Origin: Octopus vulgaris
Lineage: Eukaryota
Direction of reading: 5' to 3'
Assembly: GCA_951406725.2 (NCBI GenBank)
Contig: OX597838.1
Coordinates: 3,348,001 to 3,412,000, forward strand
DNA length: 64,000 nt
The translations under genes were made by a program, and so were the position numbers. Position 1 is the stretch's first letter; each line of letters opens with the position of its first letter. The notes below the pieces were generated by a model. It was not told the origin of the DNA. It did no database searches and worked only from the letters and a program-made list of their open reading frames with translations. Positions 37,465 to 51,284 of the stretch are shown in pieces.

Positions 37465-37830
37465 GGGCAGGAATGATGGAGTGGTTAAGAAGCCTGCTTT
37501 GCAGCCATGTAGTTTCAGGTTCAATCCTGCTGTATGGCAACTTTGGCCAGGGTCCTTCTACTATAACTACCCCAAGCTGATCAATGCTTTGTGAGTGAAT
37601 TTGGTAAATAGAAATTGTGTGGAAGCTTTGAATACATGTCTTTGCGTTTGTTCCCTAATACTGCTTGACAACCAGTATTGGTTTGTTTACATCCCTGTAG
37701 CTTAGTGGTTTGGCAAAATGAGATCAAGAAATTACGTATCAAGTTAAAAAAAAGTTTGGGGGTTGATTTGTTTGACAAAAACCCTTCAAGGCAGTGCTCC
37801 AGCATGGCCACAGTCAAGCAATTGAAACAA
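37465..37830 (+). mobile_element. SINE family B, degenerate
   Basis: Head ggttcaatcc and tail gcagtgctccagcatggccacagtc. Confidence 0.7.
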
Positions 37831-38304
37831 GGTGGAAGAGAGGTTTTGTAAATGTGTGACCCAATAAAATCCAGGCAATGTGTCCACAACAAATTTCAGA
37901 TGAAGCAACGTGACAAACCTGCAACTGACTCTCTCAAAGCACTTTCCGCAGGTCCTTATAGCTTTAAATATAGGTTTTTTCGAGTGGCACCCACATTTCA
38001 AGGCTGGTCAAGTGTTGGTTGAAAAACGAGGAGTGTTCAATGTGACAAACCAAACCAGAACACAAAAAGAAAAAGGAGGGGGGGAAAAAAAGCCCAGAAA
38101 TTGCCAGAAAATGAGAAACAATGTGAAGCCCTCATTAAACCGCATGTGCAAGATGCAAGAGGATAAATATAATTTAACCATAGTCATTGATTCTGCTACC
38201 AAAGACAAGATCAACCCCTGAACATTTAGATAACTCTTATTCATTTACAGTTTTGAATTAATCATGCATTATCTTATAGCTTTGAGATTCTGATGACGTG
38301 ACTC

Positions 38305-38507
38305 TCTTTACTCTTTTACTTGTTTCAGTCATTTGACTGTGGCTATGCTGGAGCACTGCCTTTAGTCGATCAAGCAAATCGACCCCAGGACTTATTCTTT
38401 GTAAGCCTAGCACTTATTCTATCGGTCTCTTTTGCTGAACTGCCAAATTACGGGGACGTAAACACACCAACATCGGTTGTCAAGCGATGTTGGGGGGACA
38501 AACACAG
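38305..38507 (-). mobile_element. SINE family B 3' half
   Basis: ctcttttacttgtttcagtcatttgactg...cggttgtcaagcgatgttgggggg. Confidence 0.82.
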
Positions 38508-38840
38508 AACTTACACTCGCCGCCTTATGAGTGCTCAAAATCTCTCGTGGAAGCGTCATCCAACCAAAGTACAAATATATGGGAAATTACCACCTGTGTC
38601 ATCTCTTGTGAAAGGTAGAAGAGTCCAGTTTGCTGGACATTGTTGTAGAGCTGAAAACGAGGTAATTTCTACTCTTCTCCTCTGGAAGCCATCTGCTTGC
38701 AATACCAGAGGGTGCACACTCTCCTACCCTGATACAGGCATCCAGCGACAGGACCTCCATAAAGCTATGATGGACCGTGAGGTCTGGCGTAGCATGGTAA
38801 ATTCCATTGTCGCAACTACGGTCGAACAATAAAAAATAAA
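38508..38840 (+). mobile_element. 3' end fragment of an RTE/RTE-X-clade LINE
   Basis: Translation RRVQFAGHCCRAENEVISTLLLWKP...DTG...AMMDREVWRSMV is the typical C-terminus of RTE-type ORFs, followed by a stop and an A-rich tail; 5'-truncated. Confidence 0.75.
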
Positions 38841-39139
38841 ATAATGTGAATATATATGAACGTTGGAAACAGAGGCATTCGCCATGAGATGCATGGCACA
38901 TCTTCCATTTTCAAAACCACAAGGCAATCATGGACAAGCCGTGACCTGTGGGACTCTCTGAATGGCATACCTAGCAAAAAGGTTTCCATCGACTTTTTTT
39001 TAGGTGGTGCAGCCTGCCTGATGATGGACCACGCTTCATGCAGTCCACTTCTTGAAAAAGGTTGCCTATGCATGTCTGCAACAGAGTGTGATATAAAGGA
39101 GATTTGGCTGCCATTTCTAACAGGTTAGGCATCCATATA

Positions 39140-39990
39140 GAAGGTGGTGGTGGTGGTTACTGTAGAGGTGCCAGCATAGATGAGAGATGTTCTATAGAAG
39201 AAGGTGGTGGTGGTGGTGGATCGGTGTTGGTGGTGGCAGCATAGGTTCCACCTCCCCACCAACCAACCACCCAGTCCCCTGGTTTCGACATGGGACAGGC
39301 AGACTGGTCAAACGGTCAATAGGTCACAGTGGTGCAGTGGAGGTCGGGAAGGGGGTGTGTGGGGGTGGGGGAAGGAGAAGCAGCAACACGCTGTCCCCTT
39401 TGTTGCACCAACCAAGGATCTACAGTTGCACGGGGTCAAACAGATGGCAATGGTGGAAGCAATAGTGGTAATGGTGGTGGTAGCAGCAATAGTGGTAGTG
39501 ATGGGACTTGTGCTGGTGGTGGTGGTGGTGGTGGTGACAGTATCGGTGTGGTGTAGTGCTAGTGTGGTAGTAGTAGTGATGGTAGGGCTGTTGTATTACT
39601 AGTGGCAATGCTAGTGGTGTGGCAGTAGTTGTGTAGTGGTGACAATGCTATAAGTAACAGTGTCTGTGTTGTAGTGGCTGGTGGTGCGCTAGGCGTTGCC
39701 ATAGTGGTGGTCATGGTGTTTTGGTGGTGACGGTAAAGTCATAAGTAACAGTGTTGGTGATAGTAGAAGTGTTGCTACTGCATGGGTAGTGGTAGTGAGG
39801 TGGTCTTGCAAATAATAAGTGTTGTAGTGATGTGCAGTAGTAGTAGTAATGGTGGTGGTGGTGGTGACGCTGGAATGCAGAGAATGGGGATGGGGGTGAG
39901 AGGACGACGGTGGTGGTGGTGGTGGTGATCATGTTATCTGATCACAACAACAACAACTACAACAATAACGATTGTGTGGCGGTGGTGGTG
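39140..39990 (+). repeat. Degenerate (GGT/AGT)n low-complexity tract
   Basis: Long G/T-skewed triplet-rich region; a similar tract lies at 51290-51630. Confidence 0.7.
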
Positions 39991-40120
39991 GGGCGGGGAT
40001 GGGGAGCAGGACTACTGCAAGAAATCCCAGTTTTCTAAGTCACAGCTGAGAAGGGAGCCGGTTGTGGGGGGAGGGTGGAGGGAGGGAGAGGGAGAAAGAA
40101 GTAGGCAAGTTTTAGAACTG

Positions 40121-40155
<35 letters not shown>

Positions 40156-40290
40156 AGAGAGGTGGAGAGGGGAGGAGAGGAGGGAGGTTGGGAGCTATGG
40201 ACACCTGACCTACTAACCTAGTGACACATGAAACAAAACACATTGGTATATATATATATATGTATGTGTATATATATGTGTATATATATA

Positions 40291-40334
<44 letters not shown>

Positions 40335-40619
40335 TGTGTGTGCATGTAGATGTGTGTGCGTGTGTGTGTAATGGTATAATGTGTGCGTGTATAGTTACAT
40401 GCATGCATGTAGATATGTCTGTGCGTATGTAGATATATGCATGTGTGTGTGTGTGTGTGTGCTCACCGTGTTGAAGGAGGGGAGGTGGGGGGGAGGGGTT
40501 AGGGTTCAGAATGGAGTTGTGTGAAGGTGGAAGTGGGAGGGAGGGAGGGAGGGAGTGGAGGTGCTCCAGAAGTTCATCACGTGAGGACAGCTGGGTGTGG
40601 TGGTGGTGGGGAGAGGCGG

Positions 40620-40845
40620 AGAGTGGAGTAGCATGTGGAACCGAGTGGAGTTGAGTGGAGATTGAATAGCGAGTAGAGTAGCTTGTGGAGTGGAGTCGAG
40701 TGGAGATGGAGTAGCTTGTGGAGTTGAGTGCAGTAGCTTGTGGAGTGGAGATGGAGTAGATTGTGGAGTTGAGTGCAGTAGCTTGTGGAATTGAGTGGAG
40801 TGGGGTTGAGAGAGTAGCTTGTGGAGCTGGAATAGTAGCATGGAA
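40620..40845 (+). repeat. (GGAGT)-based minisatellite
   Basis: gagtggag / gtagcttgtggagt units recur. Confidence 0.75.
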
Positions 40846-42006
40846 TTAGGGTTTTAAAACAAGGCACAGAATGGGGGGGAGGGTGAAGGCCTGGGGTTTA
40901 AACCCCTCAAATTCAATCGCTATGGAAATCAACAAGAAGGATTTAGACAGAAAAATCACAATTTCACAGAGAAGTATAATTAATTGATTGATTAGGAACC
41001 TATCCCCTGGTACATAACTGGTACTAAGTTCCTCAACACCCAGGAAAAACAAACCAGAGTCTTAACCCCTCAATACCAACCCACCTGAAACCACCCCTGG
41101 TTCTATGATGGAAATCCCATTTTAAAGTGAATTAAAATAAAAAATTTGCCATCAAAATTTCTCATTGATTTCTGTTTCCATGGTTATTTTACTAAAGTTT
41201 CCATTTTGAAACAAAAGCAGTAACAAAAATACAAAAAAAAAAAAGTTAATGGGAGGTGAGTCAACTTGCTAGAAACAACAGCTAAATTTTTAAATCCCCC
41301 CTCACACACTAGCTTAGAAAGAAAAATACACAAGAAAATGAGATGCATTTCTTTTCAGAGTATCTAGGGGTATCTAGGGGTACATAGTTCAACACCCAGG
41401 CAAGACAGACCTTGGTTCTATGATGGATATTCCCTGTTTTAAAATGGTCTAAAATAAATTTTGCCATCAAAATTTCTGATGTTCCCATCACCAGCTTAGT
41501 TAACCAAAAGGTTATTTTACTAAATTCTTCATTGTTTTCGAAAGAATTTGTAACAGAGGCAGTATATTTCAGCCGAAATACGGTAACAAAAACATGCTAA
41601 TGGGAAGCCACTCAACTTACTAGAAACAACAGCTAAAACCTTCAAATCCCTCTAGCTTAGAATAAAGGAAAAACACGTACAGACAAGATGCATTTCTTTT
41701 TGAAGTATCTAGGGGTACTTGGTTCGACATCCAGGTAAAGAACCAGAAAAGACAAGAGACTTAACTCCTTTGATACCTGTTTGTGACCACCCTGGCCCTA
41801 TGATACAAGCTTCCAATTAATTTGTGTTCCAAACACAAGCTTAATTAACCAAAAGGTTATTTTACTAAATGTTTCAGTATATTCAAAATTATTTGAAACG
41901 ATGGCAGTTTATTTTAATAAGGATATGGTAACAAAAGGGTTAATGTGAGATCAGTCAACTTGCTAGAAACAACAACCAAATCCTCAAATCGCTCCCACCA
42001 GCTTAA

Positions 42007-42802
42007 CCCCTTAGGATTCAAACCAGCCAAACTCAACCCAAATATTCTACCCGTTTTATGTTCAAACAAGCTGGATCCAGCCTCTCACACTTACCGAACA
42101 ATGTCAATCTAACACTAAACGATCAGGTCAATGAAATCTTGAAGCTACGAGATAATTCTTGATTTATTTAAAACAAAGCGAATAAATAGGTGCAGGAGCG
42201 GCTGTGTGGTAAGTAGCTTGCTTACCAACCACATGGGTCTGGGTTCATTCCCACTGCGTGGCACTTTGGGCAAGTGTCTTATACTACAGCCTCGGGCCGA
42301 CCAAAGCCTTCTAAGTGGATTTGGAAAACGGAAACTGAAAGAAGCCTGTCGTATATATGTATATATATGTATGTGTGTGTTTATCTCCCCAACCGATGCT
42401 GGTGTGTTTACATCCCCGTAACTTAGTGGTTCGGCAAAAGAGACCGATAGAATAAGTACTAGGCTTACGAAGAATAAGTCCTGGGGTCGATTTGCTCGAC
42501 TAAAGGTGGTGCTCCAGCATGGCCGCAGTCAAATGACTGAAACAAGTAAAAGAGTAAAGAGTAAGAGCAGATATTACATTTGATAGTTATCTGAACAGCA
42601 AAGGGTAAACCAGCCATGTCTGGCCCAAATACTGTTTTATGTTCAAACTGGCCAGATCCTGCCTCTCACACTTACAGTCAATGTCTCTCTAAACTAAACA
42701 ATCAGATCAATGAAATCTCAAAGCTATGAGATTATTCATGATTAATTTGAAACACGAATAAATAAGTATTGCATTTGATAAAGAAATTTGAACACTAAAG
42801 GT
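42007..42802. mobile_element. Two family G MITEs (first interrupted by SINE B)
   Basis: ttaa|CCCCTTAGGATTC...AGCAAAGGG, then a second copy ending cactaaagg|tttaa. Confidence 0.7.
42189..42567 (+). mobile_element. SINE family B, full length, nested in a family G MITE
   Basis: Complete head to tail; host MITE sequence (aataaata...attacatttga) resumes after it. Confidence 0.87.
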
Positions 42803-42879
42803 TTAAATAAGAAAAAAGGGGGAAGAATACATAAGATAACTAGGTACTCCTGTTTTGGGGGGTATCTTAAGAGCTACAA

Positions 42880-43202
42880 CAGGGGTTCAACCGTTTTTTA
42901 TCTATGGACCCCTCTGATTATTATTTTATTCTGGTGGACCACCCCCTCCATAACCATTCAAGTTTTATAGAAACTTCTTTCAAAATTCTTATTTCCTTTT
43001 TCACACATTAACTTGTGAAGTTTGAACAATGTCAGATGTTAGAAAAAGAAACCCAGCTGTTTTATGCAATACACACCAATACATACATCTAAAATAAAAT
43101 CTTTTCAGTGGCCCTTAAAATACTATTGTGGATCCCCAGTTTACTATTTTGTTGTGTGGAACCCCCCTCAAGGGCAATATGGATTCCAGTTGAAAACCAC
43201 CG
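42880..43202. mobile_element. hAT (Charlie-like) MITE
   Basis: Termini CAGGGGTTCAAC / GTTGAAAACCACCG and an imperfect 8-bp TSD agctacaa / ggctataa; partial second copy at 52624-52830. Confidence 0.7.
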
Positions 43203-44387
43203 GGCTATAAAGGACAGTAAAGTGCAATACTTCTGATTACAGAACACTAAGGGTTGATCGAGAGCAAACATGGGAAAACCCCCCTTTTTTTGGGGGGCGG
43301 GTGGGGGGGGGTGAGTAAAGGGGGCGTCGGGACTTTCTGACTGGCATGCAAATCTAATGGAAAGCTACCTTGAATTTTTATTTAGTCGTTTGACCCGCCT
43401 GATGAGGAAGAGACAGGTCTTGTGCACAGAATTCTTGGAAAAGGTTGTTCATACCTGACACAAATACCTAAACAATAACACCAACAACAACAACAACAAA
43501 GTAGCGGGGATGGGGTGGGGTGGGGGACATGGGGTGGTAAAGTTAGCCAGGGTAGGATTTGATCTCAAAGGCACAAGGGCAAAGAGAAAGCAGACTCGAA
43601 AAGAGTGGAAAAGTTATTCTACATGTTAAATGTCAAGTTATTTCAGTTATTTTTTTTAAAAAAAGTATCTCAACCACTCCTGGGTTTTAGATAACGGTAA
43701 TTACCGGAGTTTATTTAATTGGAGTAACATCGCTGCAAATTTACAGGAATGATGTCCATTTGTGTGTGTGTGTGTGTGTGTGTGCATGCGTGTGCTCGTG
43801 TGTGTGTTTGCGTGTGTGTATGTGTGTGCATGTTTACACGTATGCTCGTGTGTGTATGTGCATGTATACATGTGTGCATGCATCTGTGTGTCTGCCCATA
43901 TGTATTTGTATTTCTCTGCAACCACATGTCTAGGCTAAACAAAACATTAACACACATTATTTTTTTCATTTTGCCTATTTTCCTAACGCCAGCATTTTGC
44001 TAATTTAACTGAAATCAAGTTAGAAACGAACCAGGAACCAAACCTCGCAGACGGAGAACTAATTAGAAACTTCTCGCTTTTCAGTAGAAAGAGAGGCTTT
44101 ATGAATGAATACTCCATCAGCTTCAACAAAGAGGATTCCATGTCCACAATCAAGACACCTACCAACTGAGTGTTTTACAGTGTAGCAGGTTGAGTATTCC
44201 ACAGGTACTCAAACACCTCATTCACTGGCACAATCACTGCGAGAGAGTGTTGGTGCTTGGGATTAGAAATACAGATTTTCTTCTCTACCACAAACACTCA
44301 TACACTTTCTTCATCATTATTCTTTAACCGGATTTCATTCAGCTCTACTCTATCAAGCATAATCCTTATTCATTCATATTGTTTTGA

Positions 44388-44697
44388 TGCGTGGCACCTT
44401 GGGCAAGAGTCTTCTACTATAGCCTCAGGCCGACCAAAGCCGTGTGAGCGGATTTGGTAGACAGACACAGAAAGAAGCCCGTCATATATATGTATATATA
44501 TATATGGGTGTGTCTGTGTATATATATATATAGACAGGCTTCTTTCAGATTCCGTCTACCAAATCCACTCACAAGACATTGGTCATCCCAGGGCTATAGT
44601 AGAAGATACTTGCCCAAGGTGCCACACAGTGGGACTGAACCCAGAACCATGTGGTTGGTAAGCAAGCTGCTTACCACACAGCCACTCCTACGCCCAT
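44388..44697. mobile_element. Two family B 5' halves in inverted orientation around (TA)n
   Basis: 44388-44485 plus and 44533-44697 minus are mutually complementary. Confidence 0.78.
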
Positions 44698-45385
44698 AAG
44701 GCTAGAAATTTAATCATTTTTAATACAGATACAAGACTATAATTGTTTCAGTTGGTGGGGAGGGATATAATTGACTATATCAACCCCACTTGTTAACTGG
44801 TATCTTATTTTATCAACCTGAGAAGGATGAAAGGCAAAGCTGACCTCAGCAGGCATTGAACTCAGAATGTATAGAGTTAAGACAACTCTGAATAATTGTC
44901 AAAAACAAGTTTTTTTATTTTTTTTTTTATTTAGGCACAAAAGCCCCTGGTTTTGAGGTGGGTTAATCAATACCACTGAACCCCCTCCTCAGTGTTTGAT
45001 TGGTACTTTATCCACCCCACCCACCCCCGGAAGGATGAAAGGCAAAGCTGGTGCAATAGGGATTAAGGTCAAATCATTAAAAAAAAAAAAAAGAAAAGGA
45101 AAAATAAAAAACCCCAGTGAATTCCACAAAGCATTTCCATTCAGCTAACTGATTCTAGGAATCCAATCCAGAAGCAGGATAGAAGCCCTACCTAGATTCT
45201 AAGTAGACACCAGAGCTAAATCAACCAATGAGTGGACAGGGAATGGCTGGTTATCACAAATCATTGCCTCACCCCCAGCAACAACACACGCTCAATCAGT
45301 ACATGTAAATTGATGTAAAAAAAATTTTTGTGCCTATATAAAATAATTTAGGTTAAGCCACTAATTACAGCAATGAGAAGTTTGC

Positions 45386-45426
<41 letters not shown>

Positions 45427-45597
45427 TATATATACATACACACACACACACACACACACTAGTAAGAAGTTACCAATCCAAGTAAAATACTTTGTAAGCT
45501 CTCTGCTAGTACACCAGGATAACAACAATATTGTCTACATTAGTAAAGAACTTTGCATATTCTTGTGGCAGAGTCCAAGGTTCATCACCATTCTGTA

Positions 45598-45812
45598 AGG
45601 GAGTGATGAAAAGTTCCTGTTTTTAAGGGTCTCGCGAAAGGCCTGGTTGCAGGCCCAGACTTCTGAGTTCTTTTGCGGGGCTTAGAGAAACTGAAGGACC
45701 ACAGCAATAAGTGTGTGAGTCTGAGTGGGGAATAGGTTGAATAAAATCATAATTAATGGATACTCCTGTATTTTCTTTTGCCCAAAGTCAGGAACTTTTC
45801 AGCACCTTATCA
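45598..45812 (+). mobile_element. Mariner-derived MITE
   Basis: TIRs gtgatgaaaagttcctg / caggaacttttcagcac with TA flanks. The interior translates GLEKLKDHSNKCVSLSGE*VE*, resembling the mariner transposase C-terminus. Confidence 0.75.
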
Positions 45813-46078
45813 TAAAAGGAAGGATACACAAGAGGGTACGGAATTCGACCTAGGATGAATTGAATTAAGCTGGCGTGTGTGGAAATGAAGCCTTACAGCA
45901 GGGATACAAAACTTTCACAAACACAGGGAGGAATATCAATGTTGCACTGACCATGGTCAGACGCAAAAAGAGGGCTGGCAGCCTGGCCTATGAGAAGAGA
46001 AGAGAGAGAAAAAGAGGAACAAAAGAATTAAGGAGGGGGAAGAGAGAGAGAGTTGTAGCAGATGGACAGAAACACATA

Positions 46079-46270
46079 AGGGGATACTGAAAATTTCCTG
46101 ACTTCAAGGGTATTGTGAAAGGCCTGCTTGGAGGCACAAACTTCCAAGTTCTTTTAAAGGGCTTAGAAGTGTATGAATTTGAGAGGTTAATATGTCGAAT
46201 AAAGTCATAATTAACCGAACCTCCTGGAATTTCTTTTACTCAAAGCCAGGAACCTTTCATCAGCCCCTTG
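46079..46270 (+). mobile_element. Mariner-derived MITE, second copy
   Basis: Colinear with 45598-45812 with an internal deletion; TA flanks. Confidence 0.7.
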
Positions 46271-46614
46271 TATATTGTAAATTTGTGGTGGTGAATGATT
46301 TATACAACAAGCTGTTAGTAATGGTCGTTACATATTTTTGTTTGCTGCAGGGAATTTGACTTACAGCCGTTTCCAGTAATCATTATAGGTTCATTATTGC
46401 CAGCTTTACTCAACTGGTCCATTGACTGGTTGAGAAAAACTGCACGACCTAAAAAGGTTAATGCTACTTTTGCCTGAGTCATTTCTAGTTATAACAAAAC
46501 AGAACACTGAATGAATGGTATTAATATGGAGGAGGGGTGGGGAACGAAGGGGGGGCAACAAGAATTTATATATATATACACACACAAACACACATACATA
46601 CATATGTATATGCC

Positions 46615-46856
46615 AGTACCGGCTGACTGATCCCGTTCCAGTGGCACGTAAAAAGCCTCATTCGAGCATGGTCGTTGCCAGTGCCACCTGACTGGCCCTC
46701 ATGCCAGTGGCACATAAAAAGCACCCACTACATTCTCACAGTGGTTGGCGTTAGTAAGGGCATCCAGCTGTACAAACCATGCCAAAGCAGATAGAACTTG
46801 CCAAAGTGTCAACCCAAAGTGGTCAACTCATGCCAGCATGGAAAAACTGACTTAAA
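46615..46856 (+). mobile_element. Retroposon family D, 5'-truncated
   Basis: Two ccagtggcac(g/a)taaaaagc units plus tail. Confidence 0.72.
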
Positions 46857-46857
46857 T

Positions 46858-47210
46858 TCTTTTATTTGTTTTCAGTCATTTGACTGGCCATGCTGGAGCA
46901 CTGCCTTTAGTTGACCACATCGACCCCAGGACTCATTCTTTTGTAAGCCTAGCACTTATTCTAACTTATTCTATTGGTCTCTTTTGCTGAACTGTTAAGT
47001 TATGGGGACGTAAACAAACCAACACTGGTTGTCAAGTGATGGTGAGGACACACACATACATGATAGGCTTCTTCCAGTTTCTATGAACCAAATCCTCTCA
47101 CAAGGCTTTGGTCACCCTGAAGCTATAGAAGACATCCAAAGTGCCACAGAGTGGGACTGAACCCAGAACCACGTGGTTGGTAAGCAAGCTACTTACCACA
47201 CAGTTACTGC
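46858..47210 (-). mobile_element. SINE family B
   Basis: Full reverse-complement body ending ggtaagcaagctacttaccacacag. Confidence 0.82.
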
Positions 47211-49380
47211 TAAATGATGATGATGATATATTCTTGCCTTTTACTCATTTTAGTCATTAGACTGTAGCCATGCTGGGGCACCACCTTGAAGGATTTTTTT
47301 TCCTTAGTGGAATGAATTGATCTCGGTACTTTTTCACTTTTTTTTTTGCCAAACCGCTAAGTTACGGGGATGTAAACACACACACACACACACACACGTC
47401 GTCATCATCATCATCACCATTTAATGCCTGCTTGTCATGTTCGCATGGGTTGGAGGAGTTGACTGGAGCCTGCCAGCCACAGAGATGTCCTGGCTGCAAT
47501 TGTCTCTTTTGGCATGGTTTCTATGGTTGCATGCTCTTCCTAATGCCAACCACTTTACAAGAGTGTGTTAGGTACCTTTTTACATGTCACTGGCACACAA
47601 CAGGCTTCCTGCAGTTTCCATTTACCAAATCCATTCACTTGAGGCTACAGAAGAAGACACCTGCCAATGGTACCACACAGTGGGACTGAACCCAGAACAA
47701 TGTGGTTAGGAAGCAAGCTTCTTACCACACAGCCATGTCTGCACTATAGGGTTAGAATATTTCTTAACATTTCACCAGAATTTATTTAATTTTGGAATGT
47801 CCTTACATTTGAAATTTCATAACTTTATAATTGGTTCTATTTCTTCGTCAGATTCTTAATTACTAGTTCCATCTTTAACTATTACTGACATTTTCATTCT
47901 ACACCACCTCCACCACCACCACCACCATTTTACTTAACTCTCTTAAATGTTAATATCACTACTATAATTACTATTACTAACCTTATGTAATCTCGTTAGG
48001 GTAATTATTAGCCAGAATCTTTGGAGGGCATTCGATGAAAATGTCTTGTTGCATTTTGTCAAACTCCTTACGTTCTGAAGTTCAAATATAGCCAAGGGCA
48101 ACTTTACCTTTCATCCTTCCAGGAACGATAAAACAAGTACCGGTTGAGCCCTGGAGTTGATGTAACTAACTAACTAACTAACCCCTAAACTAAAATTGCT
48201 GGCCTTGAGCCTAAAACATGAATCCATTATCATTAAGGGATGTGATACCTTGCAATAAATTTGTTGCAAAGTGAGAAGAAGAGAAAAAAGAAAAACACTT
48301 GCTATGGTATTTTCAGAGAGAAGAATAGTTTCTGGTCTAAATTAAAACCTTCTGTCAAAATTTCATGGTTAATTTATGTTCCAAACACCACATTAACAGG
48401 CACAGGCGCAAGCTTGGCTGTGTAAGAAGAAGCTTGCTTCCCAACCACATGGTTCCAGGTTCAGTCCCACTGCATGGCATGGCACCTTGGGCAAGTGTCT
48501 TTTTCTATAGCCTTGGGCTGACCAAAACCTTATGAGTGGATTTGGTGGACAAAAACTGAAAGAAGCTCATTGTATATATATTCTTTTTTCTTTTATTTGT
48601 TTCAGTCATTTGACAGCAGCCATGCTGGGGCACTGCCTTTAAAATTTTGGTTGGTCCAGGGTTATAGTATCGCCCAAAGTGCAACACAGTGGGACTGAAC
48701 CCGGAACCATGTAGTTGGGAAGCAAGCTTCTTACCACACAGCCACCCATGCACCTATATATATATATGTATATACACACACACGCTAACTGAAACAAAAA
48801 GCATTGTATTTTCACAGAAATCTATAATAAATGCAGAATTCTGTCTGTCTGTATGTCTGAGACCTCCCTCCCCCCCCGTATCTCAGTCTACATATGTTCC
48901 ACATAGACATGTTATATCTTTCTGGAATCAGAATGATCCCAGGATTGAAAATCTGCCCTTCATTTGGTTCTTGAGCATCCAGCATTGGGATCAGGTCTGG
49001 ATGAGGGTTTGTTGTAAGCTAACAGTCGAAAATTCAAATTTTAAAAGAACTCCCAAAATTCGTGAATTTACAAGTTATTCATTTTAAACTAAATTTACAG
49101 TAATACCATAATTGGTAGGGTACCAATAAGTGCTTCATTATTATTATTGCTCTCCACAGGACCAATTAGCCCTCTGCAGAGGGCCAGCTTAAAAGCCCCC
49201 CTCACTATTGTAATAAAATAGTCAATTCACTATTATTAAACTGTTTTCATTGCAAACTGTCCCAGACCTTCTTTAAAATAGACTTCCTTTTTAAACAATC
49301 ACCATCACTTCCTGACCAGTACTGACCAGCCTCCACCTCCATCTTGCACACTAAGAGGCATATCTGGGTCAAATCACACT

Positions 49381-49418
<38 letters not shown>

Positions 49419-49869
49419 ATTACACTCAATTCTCCTCTTATTTTCTTTTTATTATTATTATTATTTTTTATCACAGGTGTCTTTATTTAGATCAAACTGC
49501 TGACCTTTCTACCCCTATTCAGCCTTACAAACTTTCCTCCTTTCCCAACACCCTTTCCACTTTCATACTTTCTTTCCCTATCTCCTGCTTTGTTACCCTC
49601 TCCCTTTTCTTCTTATCATAACAACCCTCACCTCTAGCCCACATACACTCCATCTACCCCTGACCCTAATGCCCTCCTCTCTCTCTCTCTCTCTCTCTCA
49701 CTCACCCCTCATCCCCACCTCACTATGGTCCCTGATATACAAACAAACAAAATGGTCACTGCAATCACACCTTTGTTCTGTCAGGGTTTGAACATTGTGT
49801 TAGAGTTTCTAAGCCATCAACCAGCCAGCTAGAAACAGCAGTTAAAGCTCAAATCATACTACACCCACC

Positions 49870-50240
49870 GGCATGGATGAGAAGCTTGCTTCCCAACCAT
49901 GTTATCTATGGTTCAGTCCCACAGAGAAGCACCTTTGGCAAGTGTCTTCTATTATAGCCCTGGGCTGACCAAAGCCTTCTGAATGGATTTGTTAGACAAA
50001 AAACTGAAAGAAGCCCACTGCGTGTGTGAGAGAGAGAGAGAAAGAGGGAGTCTGTGTCCAAACACCGCTTGACAACTAGTGTTGGTTTGTTCACATCCCT
50101 GCAACTTAGCAGTTTAGCAAAAGAGACAAATAAAGTAAGTACCAGGTTTTAAAAAAAAATGAAGTCAATGTTTGACTAAAACCCTTCAAGGTGATGCCCC
50201 AGCATGGCCACAATGCAACAACTGAAACAAGTAAAACAAA
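49870..50240 (+). mobile_element. SINE family B
   Basis: ggttcagtcccac...ggcaagtgtcttct...ccagcatggccaca...actgaaacaagtaaaa. Confidence 0.78.
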
Positions 50241-50992
50241 AAAGATAAAGGTAGAGAAAGTTAGGAAGAAGAAGAATGAGATACAGTGTGCAAGAGAGAA
50301 GAGCACACTGGTTTGGTTATGTGATGCAGGTGGACGTAGGCAGCTGCATAAAGAAGTGGATGGAACTTGTGGAAAAGGGAGATCCAGAAAGACAGGACAA
50401 AGTACTGAAGGCTGGTCCCAGGACGCTGAGCCTTAGAAAAGAGATGAAGGACTGAGATATCTGGGGACTTGTTGTACTCAAGAAGACCCACCCACGACAG
50501 CACAGTTGTTAATGCTCTCCTCCCAGCTGAAGGGGATTTTGCTTTGCAAGGGCCCTAGTGCTGGTCCGCATAAAAGGTACCCCCCGCACACTAAAGTGGT
50601 TGGCATTAGGAAGGGCCTCTGGCCATAGAAACCAAGCCAAATCAGACTGGAACCCAGTACAGCTCTCTCTAGCTTGCCAGGTTTGGCCAAACTGTCCAAC
50701 CCATGCCAGCACGGAAAATGGACGTTAAATGGCGAGGATGATGAAATGCTCTTGAAATAAATGCTCTTGAAATGAAGGGATGTTTCCAAAAGGTGCAGCA
50801 TCATCATCACAATCAACAACAACAACAAAAGCAGTGTGTGTGTGTGTGTGTGTGTGGAACACTCCTGCACTGCTATCTCCTTCCTATAGACAACACTGAC
50901 AAGCCATTCAACAGGATGGGATGCACTCACAGAACAAAAAAAAAAGAACTTTTTGTTCTCAGGCTATTTAATACTAAATTTCGCGCGCGCGC

Positions 50993-51138
<146 letters not shown>

Positions 51139-51253
51139 CTAAGTATGAATATACATATGTGTGTGTGTATGTGTAAGTACCTAGTGTGAATATAGGTGTG
51201 TGTGTGTGTGTGTGTGTGTCTACACTAACTTGCATGTCAAGGACATGGTTAGC

Positions 51254-51284
<31 letters not shown>

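Noticed and set aside
43280-43560. G-run clusters with G-quadruplex potential (also near 2240-2530 and 40470-40560)
   Set aside because: Common low-complexity G tracts throughout the window; nothing singles them out as functional.
45820-45827. Minus-strand GTATCCTT as the U12 donor of PTEN exon 1
   Set aside because: The upstream sequence does not encode DLDLT and has an in-frame stop; the motif is part of a flank repeated at about 53765.
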